A stretch of 64,000 nucleotides of DNA, taken from contig OMIN01000058.1 in assembly GCA_900299145.1 (NCBI GenBank), positions 3,843-67,842 of the forward strand, read 5' to 3'. The notes beneath the pieces were generated by a model that was given only the letters and a program-made list of their open reading frames with translations, was not told the origin of the DNA and searched no databases. A program made the translations under genes and the position numbers. The stretch is from Betaproteobacteria bacterium (lineage in GTDB: Bacteria; Pseudomonadota; Gammaproteobacteria; Burkholderiales; SG8-41). This document shows positions 26,814 through 36,590 of the stretch, in pieces. Within the stretch, counting starts at the first letter, position 1; each line of letters starts with the position of its first letter.

Positions 26814-29800
26814 CTACCGCCTTCCGTCTCCAAACAGTGCATAGGGCGCCCAAAAGATCGGATGCGCATATGAAAATTCCGGAGATCCCGGCCCGTCAAT
26901 GAGCGCCAGCATCGCGTCATTTAGCGCTTGCGCCCGTGTCATGTCCGGATTCTTTGCATAGCGCTCGAAAATGCCGGTCACAAGCACGCGCGCTGATTCC
27001 GATTCCACGGGCCAGTGCGTGGCCAGCAATGCGCGGCTCCCTGCATAAAAGAAACCCCGCCCCAGACCGGACAGCGCTTCAGCGCCCGCGCCGTCACCCG
27101 ACGCGGTATTGCAAGCGGAGAGCACCACCCAATCCGCGTCCAGCTTGAGTCCCAGCACGTCTTCCAGTGTTAATAGGGGTGATTCCTTTGGGTCATCAGT
27201 CTGGGTCATCGCAAGCGCAGGTTGTGTAAGTCCAGGTAGATCTCCGGGTACCAATCCATGCGTTGCAAACGCCAGTATTCGGCGTTGAGCCAGGTCTATC
27301 GACTTCACGGTGTTTCGCGTTGCGAGGGCGCCAAAGAAAACATCCTGCTTGAAATCCGCGCCCAATACGCGAGCGATGGCTTCAATTTCCTCGCGGGTCT
27401 CGGGTAGCGGCGAAAGGCTGCCATAGGAAACATAATCTACTGCTTGCCGACTGGGATCCCGCGTGGCGGCCACGCGATCGACATTGATGTTGCGTAAACC
27501 GCGGCTGCCGCCCGTTGCCGCCGGCGTCCGGCCAAACTGGGGGTCGCCAAATCCCGCGAAAGCGGTTCTAGTGGCACTGCCTTGCGGTAGTGCGCGCAAT
27601 CGCACAAAGGCATTCACAGACGGCACGTTGGCCACCGCCACTTTGCGAGCTAACCAAGGTGCTACTTTCATCCCAGATAGAGGTTGTACACCTTGATCGG
27701 CATCCGTGCCTACCGTGAAGGACTGCGTTAATGTCAAAGACAGCGGCAATTGACCCAGCACGCCATCGGCCGCGACGACCAGTGTCTTGGCGTCACGCCA
27801 GACCTGCTCGACCGGGGCGAGCAATTCCAAATACAAACGATGAGCAGCCGCGTAATCAAACTGCCGCAATACTGGTAGAGTAACCGAGCCGGGATCTAGC
27901 GTTTGTCTGAGTTTGGCTACGACAGACGCGACCTCTTGAGCAGACATGGAACTGGCGTGAAAAGCCATAGCACCAGCGGGCCTGACCGCCCAGACAAATG
28001 TTTGGCTGGCACCGGGCACGATCAACAACAGTGCTTCATCCGAGGCCAGTGATTTTCGGGCTTCGTCCAGTGCCGCCGGGCGCGGGCTGATCAAATTAGC
28101 ATAATCGGGAAACCCCTCCTCGATGCTCCGAAAAAGCTCGGCACGTTTGCCGGTCAACGCATCGACACGGGCACGCAAGACTTTTACCGCTTCCTCGCGC
28201 TCTTTCGAATCAGCAGCTGTGGCAAGCGCTAGCAATCGATCATTGAGCCCAGCAATTTCCAGTCTGGCATCTTGTTCGCCGCGAATCAAATCACTCAACT
28301 TTGGCGTGCCCGCAAGGGCGCGTGCCGCGCTCGCGGCAAGGGCGGATTGCACGGCACCGCCCAGCATCGCGTCCCCTAGCCGGAACGAATCTTCCACCAT
28401 AGCGGCGCTTTGGAAGGTTCGTGTCTGATATATGAGATCTGCATAGGCTTCAAATATTGCTCGCCGGACATGCCGCCGTAACGCGTCTTCGGCCTCTGTT
28501 TCAGTGCCGCGCCGTCTGGCAGTGAGTGCCGGTAATGCCGCCGCAAAGTAGGAAAATGCCCGGTCAGTATCACCGGTGGCAGCAAGGGCCACCCCCAACA
28601 GTCCTTTCGATTCCGCGGTCTCGTAGCGGTCTGCTCCAAGGAATCGCTCTTGCTCCGCGACAAGCGCTGTCAGCCACGCCGCTGCTTGCCGGGCGCGTCC
28701 CATCCGCAATAGCGCGAGCGCCCACGCAGGTTGCCGCTCGGTGGATTTCAGCAGAAACTCGTCTTCGGTGAGTGATTCCCGCAACTGGTCGATACGATCT
28801 ACGGCCCCACGCCAATCCAGAATTCCTATACGCGAGACTATCGCTACCTGCCGGGAATAGAACGAAAACCCGGCAGAAGCCGGCACGCCAAGTGCTTTCA
28901 TGTCGTCAACCGCTGCGTCGGCTAATGCCGTCGACTCCTGGTATCGCCCCTGGGCCACCAATACTTCACCCAGCGTTGCCAGAGCCAGCGCGGTGGAGGG
29001 TGAATTTCGGCCATAGCGATCGGCGTTGCGGACGATCATCTGGCGGCCAAGCAACTCGGCTTCTTGCAAGCGTCCCTGACGCAGGTGCAATCTGATCAAC
29101 TGCATCTGGATCAGGTCGAGCAACTGCCAGGTAACATCTTCCGCGGGCGAACGCTCGACGGTTTTGCTCCGGCTAGCCGCCAACTTTGTATCGGCCAACG
29201 CATGCGCGTGAGCTGCCTTGAGCGCCCGTTCTCCGGCCTGCACATTGCCGTCCGCCAGCAATGTATCGGCCTTGGCCCACCCCAGCATTGCATTGATCAG
29301 ATCAGTCAAACCGGCTGAGCCTACAAAGCTGCGTCCTTTGCGAATCAGCGCGTCGATACTATCCGTCTGTGTCCGGGCGCTGGAGGTATCGCCAAAGAAC
29401 GTTTGCATGCGCGCGGCCAAGCTTTGCGCCGCAATATCCTGCCCCCACCAGGCAGCGGGTGCACTTGTCACTCGGCGCACGTGAGCATGCGCCCGCGACC
29501 AGTTGCCGGCTGTCATTTCGTTGATTGATAAATCAATCAGATGTTTTGGCAGATTGTGGTCGGTCTGACTGATTTCGACCAACTTTGTACGGGCTTCTAT
29601 CACGGCTGAAAGATGGCCCAGCCGCGCGGCGGCAGCAGCCCGTTCAATTAGGTAGGCTGATTGGACTGCGACAGAAGCGTCCGAGGATGGCGCTTTACGC
29701 GAAAGCGTTTCTTGTGCTTGCGCCGTGTCCGCGGATAACGTCTGCCGCGCCAGCAAATCAAAAATATCTGCAACCGTACGTGGCTGTGCTTGCGCAGAGC

Positions 29801-29852
29801 CTGCCAGTACGACACAGAAAAGGGCGCCGAGGAACAAAGAGGCTTTGGACAC
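26814..29852 (-). CDS. Secreted TPR-repeat CHAT-domain (caspase-like) protease
   Basis: Signal peptide MSKASLFLGALFCVVLAGSAQA. Long helical-repeat N-terminal region. C-terminal CHAT His/Cys dyad context (FATHG ... LSACNTASG). Confidence 0.8.
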   Translation of the reverse strand: MSKASLFLGALFCVVLAGSAQAQPRTVADIFDLLARQTLSADTAQAQETLSRKAPSSDASVAVQSAYLIERAAAAARLGHLSAVIEARTKLVEISQTDHNLPKHLIDLSINEMTAGNWSRAHAHVRRVTSAPAAWWGQDIAAQSLAARMQTFFGDTSSARTQTDSIDALIRKGRSFVGSAGLTDLINAMLGWAKADTLLADGNVQAGERALKAAHAHALADTKLAASRSKTVERSPAEDVTWQLLDLIQMQLIRLHLRQGRLQEAELLGRQMIVRNADRYGRNSPSTALALATLGEVLVAQGRYQESTALADAAVDDMKALGVPASAGFSFYSRQVAIVSRIGILDWRGAVDRIDQLRESLTEDEFLLKSTERQPAWALALLRMGRARQAAAWLTALVAEQERFLGADRYETAESKGLLGVALAATGDTDRAFSYFAAALPALTARRRGTETEAEDALRRHVRRAIFEAYADLIYQTRTFQSAAMVEDSFRLGDAMLGGAVQSALAASAARALAGTPKLSDLIRGEQDARLEIAGLNDRLLALATAADSKEREEAVKVLRARVDALTGKRAELFRSIEEGFPDYANLISPRPAALDEARKSLASDEALLLIVPGASQTFVWAVRPAGAMAFHASSMSAQEVASVVAKLRQTLDPGSVTLPVLRQFDYAAAHRLYLELLAPVEQVWRDAKTLVVAADGVLGQLPLSLTLTQSFTVGTDADQGVQPLSGMKVAPWLARKVAVANVPSVNAFVRLRALPQGSATRTAFAGFGDPQFGRTPAATGGSRGLRNINVDRVAATRDPSRQAVDYVSYGSLSPLPETREEIEAIARVLGADFKQDVFFGALATRNTVKSIDLAQRRILAFATHGLVPGDLPGLTQPALAMTQTDDPKESPLLTLEDVLGLKLDADWVVLSACNTASGDGAGAEALSGLGRGFFYAGSRALLATHWPVESESARVLVTGIFERYAKNPDMTRAQALNDAMLALIDGPGSPEFSYAHPIFWAPYALFGDGRR

Positions 29853-29872
29853 TGCGATTCCCCGCTACCTGA

Positions 29873-30253
29873 TCACTTGACCCGAAATACATAGTTGCAT
29901 TGCCTGCTTTGTCCTTTAAAGGGGCTTTCTTTCGATGCCGGATCGTACTTCATCGAAATACCGCTATCGCGGCAGCCATCGAACGTAAAGCTGTCGTCGC
30001 CGAGCCGGGCTTCCTTCTTGCATGTGCCGCGATCGAAATTATTGATCTCAATAATGACCTTTCCTTCTTCATCGCGAAAAACCAAATGCGACCTGTTAAT
30101 CGATGCTCCGCCTCTACCACAAGCAGATTCAACATCAAATCCATTTGGGGCCAGCAATGCGTCTTTCAACTTCACTGACGACGGTCCGGTTTGTTGAGCT
30201 GACGTGGAATTCGACAACACAGCAATAATCGCCAACACATTTCTGAATTTCAT
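29873..30253 (-). CDS. Small secreted protein with four Cys, immediately upstream of the CHAT gene
   Basis: Signal peptide MKFRNVLAIIAVLSNSTSA. Four Cys residues. AT-rich codon usage compared with neighbours. 20-nt gap to the CHAT gene. Confidence 0.55.
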   Translation of the reverse strand: MKFRNVLAIIAVLSNSTSAQQTGPSSVKLKDALLAPNGFDVESACGRGGASINRSHLVFRDEEGKVIIEINNFDRGTCKKEARLGDDSFTFDGCRDSGISMKYDPASKESPFKGQSRQCNYVFRVK

Positions 30254-30480
30254 ACCCCCTCCGTGACGTGTCTATGGAAACCCGGCAAACCGCTACTGCT
30301 TTCTTCCAGTAAGCGCTGAAAGCGAAGTAGTAGAAACATAAAATAGATTCGCGCTCGCCTTAACCGACGGCACCCCAACATCTTACGCTTCCAGCATCAT
30401 GATCTGTGCACGATCATTCCGAAGATGAATTGAGACGATTCAGAGTGAAAACCACATCTACCGTGACCATGATACGCCCG

Positions 30481-31449
30481 TCATTCTGCCTTAATACCTG
30501 CTGCCCGTATTGTCTTTCCCCATTTCGCAATCTCCTCTATTAACCGCGCTGAAAATGAGTCAGGCGTATTCCCCACCGGTTCCGCCCCTTCCGCCGATAG
30601 CCGCGCTTTCACCTCCGGCAATTGCAGTGCCCGAGACATTTCGCGCTGAACGGTGATGCGTACCGGCAACAGCGTGCCCGCTGGCGCCATCATGCCGTAC
30701 CACTGCGTGACTTCGAAGCCGGGAAAGCCCTGCACAGCGATGGTGGGAATCTCCGGCAATGCTGCCATGCGCGCTCGGCTGGTGACGCCCAGTGCGTTCA
30801 CGCGCCCGCCGCGCAGATGTGGCAGCATGGTCAACGCGCTTGAAATTGCCACATGTACCTGGCCGGCAATAATGTCGGGAAATGCCAGCGCCATGCCCTT
30901 ATAGGGAATATGCTGCATGTCGATACCGGCGGCGGACTTGATCAGCTCCGCTGTCAGATGCACCAGACTGCCCTTGCCGGGCGAGGCGTAGTTGAAAGCC
31001 TGTTTGCCTTTTGCAAGCGCAATGAACTGTTGCAACGTTTTGGCGGGCACGCCGGCATTGACGGCAAACACATAGGGGTTTTCACTCGCCAGACTGACCG
31101 GGGCAAGATCACGCAGTGTGTCGTAATTTACCTTGTACAGCAGTTGGTTGGTAACGAACGTGCTCGACGAAAACAGCAGCGTATGCCCGTCTGGCGCGGC
31201 GCGCGTGGTCAAATCGACTGCAATGCTTCCGCCAGCTCCAGGCCGGTTATCGACAACGAATTGCTGACCCAGCCGCTCGGTCAGCTTTTGCGCCAGCGAG
31301 CGGCCGACGGTATCGGTGCCGCCACCCGCGGCGACCGAGACGATGACACGAACGGGGCGGTTTGGGTAGGCAGCGCCCGCACCCAGCGCCGAGTGCGTGT
31401 TGACGTAGAGCACGGTCAGCAACAGCATGCCCGTGCAACGTGGCCGCAT
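30481..31449 (-). CDS. Bug/TctC-family periplasmic substrate-binding protein
   Basis: AYPNRPVRVIVSVAAGGGTD, DNRPGAGG and PYKG motifs. Start set at ATG 31449 (AAGG RBS); the track start is TTG. Confidence 0.9.
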   Translation of the reverse strand: MRPRCTGMLLLTVLYVNTHSALGAGAAYPNRPVRVIVSVAAGGGTDTVGRSLAQKLTERLGQQFVVDNRPGAGGSIAVDLTTRAAPDGHTLLFSSSTFVTNQLLYKVNYDTLRDLAPVSLASENPYVFAVNAGVPAKTLQQFIALAKGKQAFNYASPGKGSLVHLTAELIKSAAGIDMQHIPYKGMALAFPDIIAGQVHVAISSALTMLPHLRGGRVNALGVTSRARMAALPEIPTIAVQGFPGFEVTQWYGMMAPAGTLLPVRITVQREMSRALQLPEVKARLSAEGAEPVGNTPDSFSARLIEEIAKWGKTIRAAGIKAE

Positions 31450-31490
31450 GTCAACCTTGCAACTTTGCAACGTTTCAACTTCCCAGCTTT

Positions 31491-32915
31491 TCAGCCTTTT
31501 AGCGCCTTCGTAATGTGCTCAGCGGCCCGCATGCCGAATGACACACCCTTGATTAGCCCGCCGACGTAGCCACCGCCGTTCGAGCCGCCTTCCAGTCCGC
31601 CCGTGGTGGCACCCACCGCATACAAGCCTTCGATCGGCGCGCCGCGCGTACTCATCACGCGCGCATCGCCGTCGGTGAAAATGCCACCGAACGTGTAGGT
31701 CATGCCCGCACACAGCGGCACGGCGTAGTAAGGCGGCTTGTTCACCGGCGAGGGCACTATGGGTTGCACGCTGCGCGTGGGCGCAAGACCTGCGGCTTTG
31801 CCTTGAGCGAGCGCTTCGTTGTAACCACGCACCGTGGCTTCAAGTTGCGCGGCGGCGATGCCGGTTTTGGTGGCCAGTTCCGCCAGTGTGTCGGCCTTGA
31901 TGATGGTGCCGCCCGCGTTGGCCAATTGCGGATTGGCAGGGATGCGTGCGGTGCGGCCCGGCCCTTCCCAGATGGCTTGGTCGAGGATGGCCCACGTGGA
32001 AAGCGGATTAGCGAGCCGCGCGATGGTGTTGGCAACGTAAACACCGCCCAAGCCTTCGTCGACGAAGCGTTCACCCGCGTCGTTGACCACGATGCCCACG
32101 GTGCCAAGCTCATCGAGTTGCGGGTAAGGCCACACCTTGTCATTGGTGAACGAATCTCGCGATAGCATGTGCCCGTAAAAATATTTGAGTTCTGAAAATC
32201 GCGCGCCCAGTTCGCGCGCCATGCGCATGCCGTCGCCAATGCCGGTGCCCGCGCCGCGCGTTTTGACTTTGGCGAAATCAATGCCCATGTGCTCACGCAC
32301 CAGCGCCGGGTTGCCCTGGTAGCCGCCGTCCGCAAGGATCACCGCGCGGGCGACGAATTGTTGTTTGGCCGCGCCGCCGTTACCGCTATTGTCCCCCGCT
32401 TCGACCCCGATGCACTGGCCTTCCTTTTCCATCAACGTGGAGGCGGGTAAGCGGAACATCTTGCCGCCGCGCTTTTCCAGATTTGCCACCAGTTGCCGCA
32501 GCGTGACATCGGGGCCGCGGCCCTTCCAGTCCAGCCCCGCTACGATGGGACGCGGGGGCGCCAGCACGTGCTGCTGCCATACGATGTTGCCGACACGGAT
32601 GTATTTCGCGCCTTCAGCTTGCAGCCAGTCGATGGCGCGGCCCGCCGTGTTGGCGAGCGAGCGCGCCAGTTCCGGATCGGCTTTGTTGTTGGTGGCGTTA
32701 TTGATCACGTCGAGCAGTTTTTCGGCGGGATCCTTGGCATTGTGCATGGCGATGTGCAGCACGCCGCCGGAGTAGCGTGAGTTGCACAGGTATTGCGGGC
32801 CATCGCCACGCTCCAGCACGGCGACTTTCAGGCCCTGTTGAGCCGCCCGGTTGGCGGCGGAGAGGCCGGCGATGCCACCGCCCACCACTACAACATCGAA
32901 TGCGTCGTTACTCAT
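31491..32915 (-). CDS. FAD-dependent oxidoreductase (fumarate reductase / 3-ketosteroid dehydrogenase-like flavoprotein)
   Basis: DVVVVGGGIAGLSAA dinucleotide fold. C-terminal GLYAVGATTGG FAD motif. Confidence 0.75.
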   Translation of the reverse strand: MSNDAFDVVVVGGGIAGLSAANRAAQQGLKVAVLERGDGPQYLCNSRYSGGVLHIAMHNAKDPAEKLLDVINNATNNKADPELARSLANTAGRAIDWLQAEGAKYIRVGNIVWQQHVLAPPRPIVAGLDWKGRGPDVTLRQLVANLEKRGGKMFRLPASTLMEKEGQCIGVEAGDNSGNGGAAKQQFVARAVILADGGYQGNPALVREHMGIDFAKVKTRGAGTGIGDGMRMARELGARFSELKYFYGHMLSRDSFTNDKVWPYPQLDELGTVGIVVNDAGERFVDEGLGGVYVANTIARLANPLSTWAILDQAIWEGPGRTARIPANPQLANAGGTIIKADTLAELATKTGIAAAQLEATVRGYNEALAQGKAAGLAPTRSVQPIVPSPVNKPPYYAVPLCAGMTYTFGGIFTDGDARVMSTRGAPIEGLYAVGATTGGLEGGSNGGGYVGGLIKGVSFGMRAAEHITKALKG

Positions 32916-33012
32916 TGTGTTTCACGGTTCCAATTGCGAATGAACAGAGATGGGCAAGATTGTAATCCAGCGACCTGCTAGACTTGCCGCACCCTTGAAT
33001 TCGGAGTCCATC

Positions 33013-33747
33013 ATGTCATTTTCCGGACGCATCGGGCTGCTCGCGCCCTCGTCAAACACCACCGTCGAACCGGAGTTTTACCGCGCTCTGCCGCAAGGCG
33101 TTTCACTTCACACCGCGCGCCTGCCGATCACGCAGGTCACGCCGGATTCCATCGGCAAGATGGCCGATTCACTGGATGTTGAATCAAAACTGCTCGCCAC
33201 CGCTGATGTGGACGTGATTATATTGGGCGCCACCGCGCCGAGTTTTTTGAAGGGGCTGGGCTACGACCGCGAAGTCAGCGAGCGCATCACGCGCGTCACC
33301 GGCAAGCCGGCGACCACGACTTCCACAGCACTGCTGGAAGCGTTCAAGGCGCTCGGCATTTCACGCATCGCGCTCGGCTCCGCGTACAGCCCGGAGGTCA
33401 ATGGCATCTGCGCGAAATTCATCGAAGCCAACGGTATCAAAGTGGTGGCCATGGACGGCCTTAACGTTGTCGACAATCTGCAAATAGGCCGGCTGGATGT
33501 GCAGACTGCTTATGATCTTGGCAGGAAAATTGATTGCCCCGAAGCCGAGGCCATTGTGCTTGCCTGCACCAACTGGAAAAGCATGGCCATAATCGAGCGG
33601 CTGGAGCGGGACTTGGGCAAACCCGTGTTGTCGACGTCGCAAGTGAGCATCTGGGGTGCGCTGAAAAAAATCGGCTTCAGCGGCAGTATCGCTGGCTATG
33701 GAAAATTGTTGCGCATGTTCCCGCAAGCGACACAAAAAGCCGGTTAA
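33013..33747 (+). CDS. Asp/Glu/hydantoin racemase superfamily protein, maleate isomerase / arylmalonate decarboxylase-like with a single catalytic Cys
   Basis: IGLLAPSSNTTVEPEF N-terminus. First catalytic position reads GATAPS (no Cys); second reads ACTNW. Start at ATG 33013 after GGAG. Confidence 0.65.
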   Translation: MSFSGRIGLLAPSSNTTVEPEFYRALPQGVSLHTARLPITQVTPDSIGKMADSLDVESKLLATADVDVIILGATAPSFLKGLGYDREVSERITRVTGKPATTTSTALLEAFKALGISRIALGSAYSPEVNGICAKFIEANGIKVVAMDGLNVVDNLQIGRLDVQTAYDLGRKIDCPEAEAIVLACTNWKSMAIIERLERDLGKPVLSTSQVSIWGALKKIGFSGSIAGYGKLLRMFPQATQKAG

Positions 33748-33773
33748 AAATATTGTTTGAAAACAGATACTTA
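33746..33773 (-). repeat. AT-rich dispersed repeat, copy H
   Basis: TAAGTATCTGTTTTCAAACAATATTTTT. Spans the stop of 33013..33747 up to the Bug start at 33778. Confidence 0.8.
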
Positions 33774-33777
33774 TGAC

Positions 33778-34749
33778 ATGCCTATCCTAAAACAACTGGT
33801 TATGTGCGTGCTGCTTGCGGTGGCCGCGACTGCGAGTGCCCAGCCCTTCCCCACCAAACCGATACGCATCATCGCGCCGTTCCCACCCGGTGGCAGTGTC
33901 GATTTCACCGCGCGCGTGGTCGCGCCCAAGCTCGCCGAATCTTTGGGGCAGCAAGTAGTGATCGACAATCGTTCGGGGGCATCCGGCAACATCGGCAGTG
34001 AGTTGGCGGCGCGTGCCGCGCCTGATGGATACACACTGCTCGCGAACACACTGCCTTATGTAACCAACGGCTTTTTGTATAGCCGCATGGCGTACGACGT
34101 CACCCGTGATTTCGTGCCCCTTTCCGTGCTGGCGTCTTCGCCCGCGATGCTGGTGGTGCATCCTTCGGTGCCGGTGAAATCAGTGCGTGAGCTGGTGCAG
34201 TTGGCGAAGAACAAACCGGGCATGTTGAGCTATGCGTCATCCGGCCCGGGCAGCAATCACCATATCGCGGGCGAGCTGATTAACTACCTCGCCAAAGTTG
34301 AAATCGTGCATATTCATTTCAAAGGCGGCGGGCCCGCGGCAGTGGCCAATCTGTCGGGTGAAGTGGGCCTGAACTGGCCCAACGTGATGCAAGCGGTGCC
34401 CTTCATCAAAACGGGCCGCATCCGCGGGCTGGGTGTCACCAGCGCCAAGCGCTCGAAAGCCACGCCGGATGTGCCCGCCATTGCCGAATCCGGCGTCGCA
34501 GGATTGGAGGGCTACGACTTCACGCCGTGGCAAATCATGGCCGCGCCCGCGGGCACGCCTGCGACGATCGTGGCGTTGCTCAACGAACATCTGGTGAAAG
34601 CTATGCGTTCGCCCGAGGTTGCGGACCGCATGGCGCGCGATGGCGCCGACGTCATCGCCAGTTCGCCGGAGCAGGCGGCCAAACACGTGCAATCGGAACT
34701 CGACAAATGGCGCCGCGTGATCAAGGAACGCGGCATGCGCGCGGAGTAA
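33778..34749 (+). CDS. Bug/TctC-family periplasmic substrate-binding protein
   Basis: Signal peptide, then PFPTKPIRIIAPFPPGGSVD and DNRSGASG motifs. ATG 33778; the track's TTG extension reads through repeat copy H. Confidence 0.9.
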   Translation: MPILKQLVMCVLLAVAATASAQPFPTKPIRIIAPFPPGGSVDFTARVVAPKLAESLGQQVVIDNRSGASGNIGSELAARAAPDGYTLLANTLPYVTNGFLYSRMAYDVTRDFVPLSVLASSPAMLVVHPSVPVKSVRELVQLAKNKPGMLSYASSGPGSNHHIAGELINYLAKVEIVHIHFKGGGPAAVANLSGEVGLNWPNVMQAVPFIKTGRIRGLGVTSAKRSKATPDVPAIAESGVAGLEGYDFTPWQIMAAPAGTPATIVALLNEHLVKAMRSPEVADRMARDGADVIASSPEQAAKHVQSELDKWRRVIKERGMRAE

Positions 34750-35729
34750 TGGCGGCGGCTTTGGTACTTTTAGTGCCGTGGGTGTTATCGGCAATGCAGG
34801 GTGCGGCTTACGCGCAGCCCGCGCCTGCGCCATCTTACCCGTCGCGCCCGCTGCGCATGCTCATTCCCGCAGGCGCTGGCGGCGGCGTGGACACCGTCGC
34901 GCGCCTGGTGGGTGCGCAGCTGGCAACCGCGCTCGGCCAGCCGGTCACCATGGACAACCGGCCCGGTGCCGGCACTATGCTCGCTTCCGAACTCACCGCC
35001 AAAGCGCCGCCCGACGGCCACACACTGTTAATGGTGACCAGCAGTCACGCCATCAACGCCGGCATCCACAAAAACCTGCGCTACGATCCGGTGGAAGATT
35101 TTTCAGCCATCGGCTTCGCCGCGACGTTGCCGTTTGTGCTGGTGATACACCCCAGCGTGCCAGCGAAATCCGCACGCGACATCATCGCGCTGGCGCGGCA
35201 GCATCCGGGCAAACTGTATTTTTCGTCGGCAGGCGCGGGCTCGGGTACGCACCTCGCGTTCGAACTCTTTGCCGCACTGTCGAAAATCAGCGCCGTGCAT
35301 GTGCCTTATAAGGGCGGCTCGGCGGCGCTGGTGGATCTGGCGGGCGGCCACGTACAACTGATGTTCAGCAATGTCATCAACTGCATGCCCTATGTGCGCA
35401 ACAAGCGGCTCATCGCACTGGGCATTTCCACGCCGAAGCCGTCACCGCTGTTTCCGGGCCTGCCTGCGGTGGCGGAATCCGGCTTGCCGGGCTATGAAGC
35501 CGACACGTGGTACGGCGTGCTTGCGCCGGCGCGCGTGCCCGCCGACATCGTGACGCGGCTGAATCGCGAGATCAATGCCATTCTGCGCACAGCCGACGTG
35601 CGTGAAAAGCTCGCCGCACAAGGCGCTGAAGTTGCTGTCAGCACGCCGGAAGAATTCGCGGCGCTGATGCGCCGCGAGATTCAAAAGTGGGGCAAAGTTA
35701 CCAGTGGCTTGAAGCTGCAGCTCCAATAA
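34749..35729 (+). CDS. Bug/TctC-family periplasmic substrate-binding protein
   Basis: TAATG overlap with the preceding gene. MAAALVLLVPWVLSAMQGAAYA signal peptide, SYPSRPLRMLIPAGAGGGVD, DNRPGAG and PYKGG motifs. Confidence 0.9.
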   Translation: MAAALVLLVPWVLSAMQGAAYAQPAPAPSYPSRPLRMLIPAGAGGGVDTVARLVGAQLATALGQPVTMDNRPGAGTMLASELTAKAPPDGHTLLMVTSSHAINAGIHKNLRYDPVEDFSAIGFAATLPFVLVIHPSVPAKSARDIIALARQHPGKLYFSSAGAGSGTHLAFELFAALSKISAVHVPYKGGSAALVDLAGGHVQLMFSNVINCMPYVRNKRLIALGISTPKPSPLFPGLPAVAESGLPGYEADTWYGVLAPARVPADIVTRLNREINAILRTADVREKLAAQGAEVAVSTPEEFAALMRREIQKWGKVTSGLKLQLQ

Positions 35730-35737
35730 CCTCGATG

Positions 35738-35764
35738 TAACTATTTGTTTTTAAGGGAGAATTT
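35738..35764 (+). repeat. AT-rich dispersed repeat, copy I
   Basis: TAACTATTTGTTTTTAAGGGAGAATTT. Contains the RBS of the aldolase gene. Confidence 0.7.
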
Positions 35765-36562
35765 ATGAGCCGATTGTTCGAGAAGCTGGCCGCGGGCCAG
35801 ATGGGGCTGGGCGTATGGATCAAGGGTGGTCCGAGCTGGGTGCCAACCATCGCGCGCGCCGGTTTCGATTTCATACGCCCCGACATGATGTTCTCCGCCA
35901 TCGATTGGCGCGAGCTCGATCACATCAACCGCACCGCGCAGGCCGTGGGCATTACCACGTGGGTGCGCGTGCCGGCGAACCCGTGGCTCGCCGGCAACGA
36001 TTCGCTGCAGGTCACGGTGGATGTGCAACGCGCGTTCAGTCTCGGCATTCCCTTTGTTGGCGCTTCGATTGCCTCGGCCGCGCAAGCGCGTGCGTGTCTG
36101 GAAGTGTCGCAGGACTGGCATCGCTCCGGCGCGGGCGAGTATCCAAACTCGAATGAAACCTTTGCCGCCATGCACAAGAAGGAAGCCGACGCGGCGGTGT
36201 TCGTGCCGCACATCGAAGCCGGCAACTCGGTAAAGGAAATCGACGAAATCATCGCGCTCGACGGGCTGCGCGTCATCATGCTGGCGATGACGGATTTATC
36301 CAAAGCCATCACCCTGCCGTTCGAATACGATCACCCGGAATTGTGGCGCGCGGTCGACCGTATCGTCTCCAAATGCCACGCGCGCAACATCGTGGTGGCC
36401 GCCAACATGGGCTATGCCTTCACCACGCCGCCGCAAATGCGCGATCGCGTCAAACGCATGCACGAACACGGCATCCGCATTTGCCTGATGCAGGGTGCAG
36501 ACGTGATGCTGGAAAATCTGGCGAAAGCGGTGCTGGCGGACGTGCGCGGGGCGCTGGAGTAG
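35765..36562 (+). CDS. HpcH/HpaI-family aldolase / citrate-lyase beta-like
   Basis: Size and pattern fit (G.W....P......A.AGFDF...D..FS). The RBS GGGAGA lies inside repeat copy I. Confidence 0.65.
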   Translation: MSRLFEKLAAGQMGLGVWIKGGPSWVPTIARAGFDFIRPDMMFSAIDWRELDHINRTAQAVGITTWVRVPANPWLAGNDSLQVTVDVQRAFSLGIPFVGASIASAAQARACLEVSQDWHRSGAGEYPNSNETFAAMHKKEADAAVFVPHIEAGNSVKEIDEIIALDGLRVIMLAMTDLSKAITLPFEYDHPELWRAVDRIVSKCHARNIVVAANMGYAFTTPPQMRDRVKRMHEHGIRICLMQGADVMLENLAKAVLADVRGALE

Positions 36563-36590
36563 TGCCTCGAAAGCGCCCCGTGTCACCCGG

